Translations under genes and position numbers: made by a program
The notes under the pieces: model-generated
Told to the model about the DNA's origin: nothing
Databases searched by the model: none
What the model saw: only the letters and a program-made list of their open reading frames with translations
Source of the DNA: an uncultured bacterium
GTDB taxonomy: Bacteria; Oederibacteriota; Oederibacteriia; Oederibacteriales; Oederibacteriaceae
Direction of reading: 5' to 3'
Assembly (NCBI GenBank): GCA_965112635.1
Contig: OZ218778.1
Location: 437,807-501,806 of the forward strand
Length of the DNA: 64,000 bases
Part shown: one piece after another, positions 57,091-64,000 of the stretch
Layout: each line of letters begins with the position of its first letter
Position numbering within the stretch: position 1 is the stretch's first letter

Positions 57091-57939
57091 TTATTTATTG
57101 TATTCTTTGACAAACTCCGCCAGGGACTGTTTCCACGGTCGCATGCTAAACCCGGTTTTTTTGAGCTTGGCTTTGCTGAGCACCGTATAGGCCGGCCTCG
57201 CAGCCGGCTGTTCCAGCTCCTCAAATTTAATAGGCCTGACCTTTTTTGTAAGCCTTGCCAGCTTTAAAACAGCCTTGCCGTATTCCAGCCAGTTGCAGGA
57301 CCCTTGTCCGGACACATGATAGACGCCTTTTGCCTTGATATGGATGAGATGTTTGATGGCCAAAGCCAAATCCTTGGTGTAGGTCGGCGAACCTTTTTTA
57401 TTGTCCACCAGCTTGAGTTCCGGCTTGGTCCTGGCCCACTCCAGCACATTGGTCACGAAATTGGTCCGGCCAAATCCGTACACCCAGGAAGTCCGCACAA
57501 TGGTCCACGCGCCCCCCGCGGCCTGCACAGCCTGCTCTCCCATCAGCTTGGTCTCACCGTAAATATTGATAGGGTGTACCGGGTCGGTTTCTTTATAGGG
57601 CGTTTTTTTCTTGCCGTCAAAAACATAGTCCGTGGAAACATAGATGAGCCGTGCCCCGGCTTTTTTCGCACCCTGTGCCACCAGGGCCGTACCGATCTTA
57701 TTTACCTTTTCTGCTTCTTCCCTGTCCACCTCGCACCCGTCCACATCCGTCAAGGCCGCCCCATGGATGACCACCTCAGGCTTGAAATGACAGATGGTCT
57801 CTATAATTTTGGGAGAGGTGATGTCGTCCGTGACCAGGCGCGCCAAAAAAAGCTTGTGGTCCTTAAAAACCTTTTCCAGGGCCCGGCCCAGCTGGCCCTC
57901 GCTGCCGGTAATGAATATCCTGAGTGATTTAGAGGTCAT
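57091..57939 (-). CDS. rmlD: dTDP-4-dehydrorhamnose reductase
   Basis: ITGSEGQLG..., STDYVFDG and YGETK motifs show RmlD-family conservation. Confidence 0.85.
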   Translation of the reverse strand: MTSKSLRIFITGSEGQLGRALEKVFKDHKLFLARLVTDDITSPKIIETICHFKPEVVIHGAALTDVDGCEVDREEAEKVNKIGTALVAQGAKKAGARLIYVSTDYVFDGKKKTPYKETDPVHPINIYGETKLMGEQAVQAAGGAWTIVRTSWVYGFGRTNFVTNVLEWARTKPELKLVDNKKGSPTYTKDLALAIKHLIHIKAKGVYHVSGQGSCNWLEYGKAVLKLARLTKKVRPIKFEELEQPAARPAYTVLSKAKLKKTGFSMRPWKQSLAEFVKEYNK

Positions 57940-58934
57940 CTTTTGCCGTACATCTTTTCATAATATTTCTTGAATTCGCCTGACTTTATCTTTTTCCACC
58001 AGGCCGTTTCTTGTTTGTACCACTCCACGGTCAGGGCTATGCTCTCGCTGAAACTATACCTGGGTTTAAAACCTATTTTTTTGACCTTGCTGCAGTCCAG
58101 CGAATACCTGCGGTCATGGCCCGGCCTGTCCTTGATGTACTGGATGGTCTTTTCCGGCCTAGCCAGCTGCCTGAGGATCTCCCGGCTGATGTCCAGGTTG
58201 CTCATCTCCTGCCCGCCTCCTAAATTGTAAATCTCACCGGGTTTGCCTTTTTGCAGGATAAAATCCACCCCTGCGCAGTGGTCCTCCACATAGATCCAGT
58301 CGCGGACATTCATCCCGTCTCCGTAAAGGAAAATAGGCTTGCCTTCCAGCACATTGGTGATGGAGAGGCTGATCAGCTTTTCCGGATACTGATAGGACCC
58401 GTAATTGTTGGTGCACCGGGTGATGAGCACAGGCAAGCCAAAAGTCCGGAAGTAGGACAGGACCATGAGGTCAGCGCTCGCCTTGGCCGCGGAATAGGGG
58501 CTGTTGGGATGGAGCTGGGATTTTTCATTGAAGGAGCCTTTATCAATGCTCCCGTAAACCTCATCCGTGCTGATCTGCAGATATTTCTTGTGTTTGAATT
58601 TCCTGGCCGCCTCCAGGAGCACATAAGTGCCGTAAACATTGGTCTGGACAAACCCTCCGGGCTCCTGGATGGAGCGGTCCACGTGGGTCTCCGCCGCGAA
58701 ATTGATGATAACGTCTGTTTTTTGGGCCAGGGATCCCACTATTCTGCGGTCGCAGATATCCCCTTTGACGAATTTATACCTGGGGTTCTTTTCCACATCC
58801 CGCAGGTTGTCCAAGTTGCCCGCGTAGGTGAGCTTATCAAGATTAACAATGGACCAGGCTGGATGTTTGTGGAGCATAAAGCGGATAAAGTTACTGCCGA
58901 TAAATCCCGCCCCGCCGGTTACTAAAAGTCTCAT
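57936..58934 (-). CDS. rmlB: dTDP-glucose 4,6-dehydratase
   Basis: VTGGAGFIGSNF, STDEVYGS and YSAAKA motifs give canonical RmlB. Confidence 0.9.
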   Translation of the reverse strand: MRLLVTGGAGFIGSNFIRFMLHKHPAWSIVNLDKLTYAGNLDNLRDVEKNPRYKFVKGDICDRRIVGSLAQKTDVIINFAAETHVDRSIQEPGGFVQTNVYGTYVLLEAARKFKHKKYLQISTDEVYGSIDKGSFNEKSQLHPNSPYSAAKASADLMVLSYFRTFGLPVLITRCTNNYGSYQYPEKLISLSITNVLEGKPIFLYGDGMNVRDWIYVEDHCAGVDFILQKGKPGEIYNLGGGQEMSNLDISREILRQLARPEKTIQYIKDRPGHDRRYSLDCSKVKKIGFKPRYSFSESIALTVEWYKQETAWWKKIKSGEFKKYYEKMYGKR

Positions 58935-59050
58935 AAACCACCTCTTATTTTCCTGTCACTCCCGCGAAAGCGGGAGTCCAGTTAATTTCCTATCACAAAA
59001 CAATGGATTCCCGCTTAAACACTGCGGGAATGACAGCCGAATTTCGGTTG

Positions 59051-59611
59051 TCACTTTTTATAAACGAACACATCCTTCAGGTCTTTTAATCTGAGAAGAA
59101 CCGCGTCTTTTTTGGAAATAATGGGGTCTTTGACCGGCCACTTTACGCCGATGTCCGGGTCGTTCCAGATGATGCCTGCGTCATCCTGGGGCGAATATTC
59201 CGCCGTGGTCTTGTACAGCACTTCGGCCGTGTCGCTCAACATGCACATCCCATGGGCGAACCCGACCGGGATATAGATCATCTTTTTGTTTTCCGCCGAC
59301 AGATCGGCTCCTACCCACCTGCCAAAGGTCGGCGAACCCTGGCGGAGGTCCACAGCCACGTCAAAAATTTCACCCGCGACCACCCGGAGCAGTTTGCCCT
59401 GCGCATGGGGATTTTTTTGGAAATGCAGGCCCCGCAAGACATTCCTGGAGGACACAGAATGGTTGTCCTGCACAAAGTCCTCGGCAATGCCAAAAGCCCT
59501 GAACTCGGAGGATTTATAGGTTTCCATGAAAAAACCGCGCTCATCCTTGAATACTTTGGGTTCGATAAGGATAACTTCGGGGATCTCCAGGCGTTTAAAA
59601 CTGAAAGGCAT
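59051..59611 (-). CDS. rmlC: dTDP-4-dehydrorhamnose 3,5-epimerase
   Basis: RGLHFQ...K...YIPVGFAHGMCMLS RmlC core. Confidence 0.9.
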   Translation of the reverse strand: MPFSFKRLEIPEVILIEPKVFKDERGFFMETYKSSEFRAFGIAEDFVQDNHSVSSRNVLRGLHFQKNPHAQGKLLRVVAGEIFDVAVDLRQGSPTFGRWVGADLSAENKKMIYIPVGFAHGMCMLSDTAEVLYKTTAEYSPQDDAGIIWNDPDIGVKWPVKDPIISKKDAVLLRLKDLKDVFVYKK

Positions 59612-59768
59612 AATCTCCTCTTATGTTCCCAAACTAAAGTTAAAACAATATCCCCTCCCTTTTTCGACGCCCTCATGGGCTCATGCCCACGCACCTTGAG
59701 GGCGAGGTGCGCACGCATGAGCGTGTGGGAGGGGACTGAGGGGGAGGGTGGTACATTCACTACCCTTC

Positions 59769-60494
59769 TCACCTCTTATTTGCCCCAGTTTTGGCCACCA
59801 GGTTATTGACCGAAACAAGGGACTCAAAAGTCCCCGCGTCCGACCACCAGCCATTGAGAACGCTCCAGGTCAGGGTTCCCTGCCGGATATAGCTGTTGTT
59901 CACATCCGTGATCTCCAGCTCTCCCCGGAGTGAGGGTTTTAAGGTCCTGGTGACCTCAAATACCGAGTGGTCGTACATATAAATCCCGGTCACGGCATAA
60001 TCAGACTTTGGGTTTTTAGGTTTTTCTTCGATCCCTATTATTTTTTTCCCTTTAAAAACCGGCACTCCGAACCTCTGCGGGTCTTTTACTTTTTTGAGGA
60101 GGATCTTGGCTCCCTGAGCCTGCTGTTCGAACTCTTTGACCGCGCTGATAATGTTTTTCTCTATGATATTGTCTCCCAGAACCACGCAGACCTTGTCATC
60201 ATCCACAAAAAACTCGGCCAGCTTCAGAGCCGCGGCAATACCACCCTCTCCCTCCTGATAGGTATAGTTCAAATGCCTCAGGCCGAACTCTTTGCCGTTG
60301 CCCAATAGCTTGAGGAATCCCTCGTTGTTGCCGCCGGTCACGACCATGATGTCGCGGATGCCCGCCTGGACCAAAGTTTGGATGGGATAATAGATCATAG
60401 GTTTGTTGTAAACCGGCAGGAGATGCTTGTTGATGATGCGGGTCAGCGGAAAAAGCCTTGTCCCCAGCCCTCCAGCCAATATGACGCCCTTCAA
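59769..60494 (-). CDS. rmlA: Glucose-1-phosphate thymidylyltransferase-like sugar nucleotidyltransferase (short form)
   Basis: MKGVILAGGLGTRLFPLT...K nucleotidyltransferase signature; 241 aa. The rmlBCD context supports the call. Confidence 0.7.
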   Translation of the reverse strand: MKGVILAGGLGTRLFPLTRIINKHLLPVYNKPMIYYPIQTLVQAGIRDIMVVTGGNNEGFLKLLGNGKEFGLRHLNYTYQEGEGGIAAALKLAEFFVDDDKVCVVLGDNIIEKNIISAVKEFEQQAQGAKILLKKVKDPQRFGVPVFKGKKIIGIEEKPKNPKSDYAVTGIYMYDHSVFEVTRTLKPSLRGELEITDVNNSYIRQGTLTWSVLNGWWSDAGTFESLVSVNNLVAKTGANKR

Positions 60495-60597
60495 TGGTTC
60501 CTCCTGAACTGCAAAAATGACGAGATTTGAATATGTTAGGTTATTTATCCTTAAGTTTCAACCAAAACGGTAGGGGTAAAAAATAGAGCTTTTTGCA

Positions 60598-61704
60598 TCA
60601 TTGTTGTTCAGATTTATTTTTGTAATATTCCTTGGTCAACTTCCCTAACTGCCTTTGTTTCTTATTATTATTCTGCTGCCTGCCTATGGAATCTTTTTTT
60701 GCGTTAAATTCCATTTCCCGGTGCAGTTTCATATAGCTGTCGTAGCGCGCCTGTTTGAGACTACCCTTGGCCAAGGCGGCCAGGACAGCGCACCCAGGTT
60801 CCACCAGGTGCGAGCAATTGGAAAATTTGCATTTCCTCCCCAGGTCCTCAATATCAGTAAAGGTGGCGCTGGGTTCGCTTTCTTCCATCAGGCCCATTTC
60901 GCGCAGGCCGGGTGAATCAATGATCATGCCGCCTTCAGGAAGGAACAACAGAGTGCGGCTGGTCGTGGCATGCCGGCCCTGGTCGTCGTTCTCCCGGATG
61001 GCCAGAGTTTTACGCTCTGTCCCGCACAAAGCGTTGATCAGCGTGGTTTTGCCTGAGCCGGATGAACCGATCAAACAACCGGTGACTCCGGGCTGGAAAT
61101 AACTCCGAACCACCGCTAGACCCTGCTCTTTCACGTTGCTGATCGTATGAACCTGGGCCCCGCTGGCAATGGCTCGTATTTTTTTGGTGATGGCCTCAAT
61201 ATCCGAGCTCAGGTCCGCTTTGCTCAATAGCACCACCGGCGTTGCCCCGCTGCCCCCTATGACAGCAAGGGCCCTTTCCAGGCGGGCGGGATTGAGGTCC
61301 TTATTCAGGCTCATGACGATAAATACATAATCCAGGTTGCTGGCCAAAACCTGTCGCCCGCTGGAAGTATTACGCGAATTGCGGGCCAAAGGCTGGCGGC
61401 GGGACAGTTCGGTGCGGCGCTCCAGGCGGCGGACAATGACTGTAGTGCCGTCTGCCGGCGGCCGGGCCAGAACCCAGTCTCCCACCACAGGCAAGTCCAG
61501 ACCGCTTTTGATCTTATGCAGGATATTTCCGGTCACTGTTGCCGCAAACGGCCCTGAATCATCAATGAGCGTAAAAGAATATTTGTGCACCCCAGTGATG
61601 CGCGCAGCGATGCAGCTATTCCATTCTTCTTCGGTGACCTGTTTTTCAAAAAACGGTCCCCAGCCCAGGGCCGACAAACTAGCTTTTGTTTGCATGACTC
61701 CCAT
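60598..61704 (-). CDS. rsgA: Ribosome small-subunit-dependent GTPase A
   Basis: Circularly permuted GTPase motifs (LLSKADL; GSSGSGKTTLIN; DSPG) and a C-terminal Zn-finger (C..C.H...C). Confidence 0.85.
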   Translation of the reverse strand: MGVMQTKASLSALGWGPFFEKQVTEEEWNSCIAARITGVHKYSFTLIDDSGPFAATVTGNILHKIKSGLDLPVVGDWVLARPPADGTTVIVRRLERRTELSRRQPLARNSRNTSSGRQVLASNLDYVFIVMSLNKDLNPARLERALAVIGGSGATPVVLLSKADLSSDIEAITKKIRAIASGAQVHTISNVKEQGLAVVRSYFQPGVTGCLIGSSGSGKTTLINALCGTERKTLAIRENDDQGRHATTSRTLLFLPEGGMIIDSPGLREMGLMEESEPSATFTDIEDLGRKCKFSNCSHLVEPGCAVLAALAKGSLKQARYDSYMKLHREMEFNAKKDSIGRQQNNNKKQRQLGKLTKEYYKNKSEQQ

Positions 61705-61749
61705 CCTGCTTTCTACACAAAAACCCCGCGGCTCTGCTGCGGGGGATGT

Positions 61750-62223
61750 TTATCGGATTATCTTTGGATTTAAATTACCCCGTTTCAGCCGTTCATTCAA
61801 TTCCCAAAGCGCTGTCTTGTCACTGTCCCACTTCAATAACGCCACGGCTTCCTTGTAGCGCACCCACCTATACTCGGTATGTTCTCCCGAAAGCTTTATC
61901 TCAAGCTCCTCCATTTTAGCAGCGTAATAGTAACAAGGTATTATACACAGCTCTTTAGGCCAATCTTTTTTGGCCTCAAGAGAGATATGCGAGGTTGCGA
62001 TGGAAGCAGTGGTATCCAATTTAATATAGGATGCGGTTAAAAGTATGCCGCCCTCTTCTAAAGCCTCTCTGCGAGCAGCTTGTTCGGGAGTTTCCTTATC
62101 TTCTCCCCCGCCCGCAATAAATTGCCAATAACCCTCGTCGCTCCGCTGGAATACAGCAAATAGAGTGTTTGACTCGGTGTCTTTAAAAGGTATGACACAA
62201 ACTTGATACATTGCTCTTGGCAA
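61750..62223 (-). CDS. NUDIX hydrolase
   Basis: Nudix box GGGEDKETPEQAARREALEEGGI. Confidence 0.75.
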   Translation of the reverse strand: MPRAMYQVCVIPFKDTESNTLFAVFQRSDEGYWQFIAGGGEDKETPEQAARREALEEGGILLTASYIKLDTTASIATSHISLEAKKDWPKELCIIPCYYYAAKMEELEIKLSGEHTEYRWVRYKEAVALLKWDSDKTALWELNERLKRGNLNPKIIR

Positions 62224-62233
62224 CCCTAGCTCC

Positions 62234-63874
62234 TTAGTGAGATCCTTTCAATTTCCTATATCTCCTGATCAGGGCATTGGTGGAAGAGTCATGCTTGAGA
62301 GGCGGCTCGGTTTTGCTTTCCAGCTCCGGCACAATGCGTTCAGCTAAAACCTTGCCCAGTTGGACTCCCCACTGGTCAAACGAGTTTACCTGCCAGATGA
62401 TGCCCTGAGTAAACACGCAGTGTTCATAGAGCGCCACGAGTTTTCCCAGCGCTTCCGGGGTCAGCTTTTCCAAAAGGAGCGTGCTGGAGGGCCGGTTACC
62501 GGGAAAGGTTTTGTGGCTGACCAGCTCGGGAGGTGTTTCTTCCGCTTTCACTTCCTCCGCGGTCTTGCCAAAGGCTAAAGCCTCGGCCTGGGCAAAAACA
62601 TTGGCCATCAAAAGGTCATGGTGCCGTCCCAAAGGCTGGAGCGGCTGGGCAAAGGCGATAAAGTCGCAGGGAATGAGCTTGGTGCCCTGGTGGATCATCT
62701 GGTAAAAAGAATGCTGTCCGTTGGTGCCTGGCTCGCCCCAGTAAACCTGCCCGGTCTGGTAATCGATCTTGGTCCCGTCCAAAGTCACACCCTTGCCGTT
62801 GCTCTCCATAGTCAACTGTTGGAGATACGCCGGAAAGCGCTTCAAATACTGCTCATAAGGCAGGACAGCCATAGTTTCTACTTTAAAAAAGTTGTTATAC
62901 CAGATACCCAGCAGGGCCATCAGCACCGGCAGATTGTGCTCCAAAGGGGCTGTGCGGAAATGTTCATCCATCTGGTGAAAACCATCCAGCATAGCGCGGA
63001 AATGCTCCGGGCCCAGGGCGATCATGGAGGACAGCCCAATGGCCGAATCCATAGAGTAACGGCCGCCCACCCAGTCCCAAAACCCGAACATATTAGCCGT
63101 ATCAATCCCAAATTTAGCCACTTCCCCGGCATTGGTGGACACAGCCACAAAATGTTTAGCCACTGCTTTGGGGTCTTTCAAAATCTGGAGCACCCACTCG
63201 CGAGCCGTATGCGCGTTGGTCATGGTTTCTAATGTTGTGAAAGTCTTGGAGGAAATGATGAACAGGGTTTCTTCGGCATTTAAATCCTGAGTAGCTTCGG
63301 CAAAGTCCGTACCGTCAATATTGGAAACAAAGCGGAAGCACAGGTTGCGCTGGCTATAGCTTTTCAAGGCCTCATAGGCCATGACCGGTCCCAAATCAGA
63401 CCCGCCGATACCTACATTGACGATATTGCGGATGGGCTTGCCTGTAAAACCTTTCCACTGTCCCTGGCGGACCTGGTTGGAAAATCCTTCCATCTTTTTA
63501 AGGACCACATGGACTTGAGGCACCACATCTTCCCCATCCACAATGATGCTCTTGCCTTGGGGAGCACGCAGGGCCGTATGCAGGACCGCCCGTTTTTCCG
63601 TGACATTGATCTTGTCTCCCCGGAACATGGCCTCCCTGCGCTCCTTGAGGCCGGACTCCTCTGCCAGCCGGACAAGCAGCTTGATGGTCTCCTCGGTCAC
63701 GCGGTGCTTGGAGTAGTCGAAATAAATCCCCAGGTCCTCCACCGCCATCTTTTCTCCGCGTTTCGGGTCATCCCTAAACATCTGCCGCAAATGCAGGTCT
63801 TTAATCTTGTGGTAATGTTCCCCCAGCGCCTTCCACGCCGGGAGTTGGGTAAGAGGTGTCGTTGCAGGTGTCAA
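62234..63874 (-). CDS. pgi: Glucose-6-phosphate isomerase
   Basis: 546 aa with PGI family conservation throughout (DYSKHRV...; SNIDG; GGRYS...; [11 protein letters not shown]). Confidence 0.9.
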   Translation of the reverse strand: MTPATTPLTQLPAWKALGEHYHKIKDLHLRQMFRDDPKRGEKMAVEDLGIYFDYSKHRVTEETIKLLVRLAEESGLKERREAMFRGDKINVTEKRAVLHTALRAPQGKSIIVDGEDVVPQVHVVLKKMEGFSNQVRQGQWKGFTGKPIRNIVNVGIGGSDLGPVMAYEALKSYSQRNLCFRFVSNIDGTDFAEATQDLNAEETLFIISSKTFTTLETMTNAHTAREWVLQILKDPKAVAKHFVAVSTNAGEVAKFGIDTANMFGFWDWVGGRYSMDSAIGLSSMIALGPEHFRAMLDGFHQMDEHFRTAPLEHNLPVLMALLGIWYNNFFKVETMAVLPYEQYLKRFPAYLQQLTMESNGKGVTLDGTKIDYQTGQVYWGEPGTNGQHSFYQMIHQGTKLIPCDFIAFAQPLQPLGRHHDLLMANVFAQAEALAFGKTAEEVKAEETPPELVSHKTFPGNRPSSTLLLEKLTPEALGKLVALYEHCVFTQGIIWQVNSFDQWGVQLGKVLAERIVPELESKTEPPLKHDSSTNALIRRYRKLKGSH

Positions 63875-64000
63875 ATGATTCTCCTTATAAAATTATTACT
63901 TCTACAATTCCAAATGTGTCTTTAAAGACTCTAAAATACTCTCCCTTGTTTCAGAAGAAACAATATCCCCGATCTTTTTTATTAACCGTTGTTTGGAAAT

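Noticed and set aside
1-64000. CRISPR array
   Set aside because: No series of regularly spaced direct repeats exists anywhere in the window. The only repeats are the two copies of the 60-bp element and the palindromic half-sites at 55.3 kb.

Overview
This 64 kb window is bacterial chromosome and nearly every gene is on the minus strand. A secreted protein with a T9SS-type C-terminal sorting tail hints at an FCB-group organism; GC is moderate (not computed; ~50% is an eyeball estimate) apart from one AT-rich island.

The window has three parts.

1. Housekeeping genes sit at both ends. At the left are a partial prfA, rpmE, a LysM/M23 peptidase, rho and coaE. At the right are rsgA, a NUDIX hydrolase and pgi.

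2. About 40 kb (4.1-43.1 kb and 57.1-60.5 kb) is an ABC-transporter-dependent glycan locus of the O-antigen / S-layer-glycan type.
- Export and polymerisation: wzm, wzt with a C-terminal carbohydrate-binding domain, a WbdD-like methyltransferase, and a 1587-aa protein with one methyltransferase and three GT2 domains (WbdA/WsaE-like).
- Initiation: a WbaP-like phosphoglycosyl transferase.
- Three nucleotide-sugar routes: GDP (manB-like, manC-like, gmd, fcl-like), CDP (ddhA/rfbF, ddhB/rfbG) and dTDP (rmlABCD).
- Methylation: at least seven SAM methyltransferases, including two TylCIII-type NDP-hexose C-methyltransferases, one in the CDP route and one in the GDP route.
- A cobalamin-dependent radical SAM enzyme, a GHMP sugar kinase, several GT2/GT4 transferases, and two large polytopic membrane proteins, one of them YfhO-like.
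- Two of the pathway genes (the manB/pgm-like gene and ddhB) are each broken by a single-base homopolymer frameshift.

3. About 12 kb (43.1-55.5 kb) is an accessory region.
- A HepT/MNT toxin-antitoxin pair and a GMC oxidoreductase, bracketed by two copies of a ~60-bp repeat.
- An AT-rich island carrying a CoiA-like nuclease, a small membrane peptide, a 314-aa unknown, and an overlapping NurA-like nuclease / HerA-like ATPase pair.
- A DNA methyltransferase C-terminal fragment truncated by a nested IS3/IS256 insertion.
- A cluster of palindromic operator-like repeats.

The island at 46.3-51.8 kb is the best candidate for an undescribed defence system.
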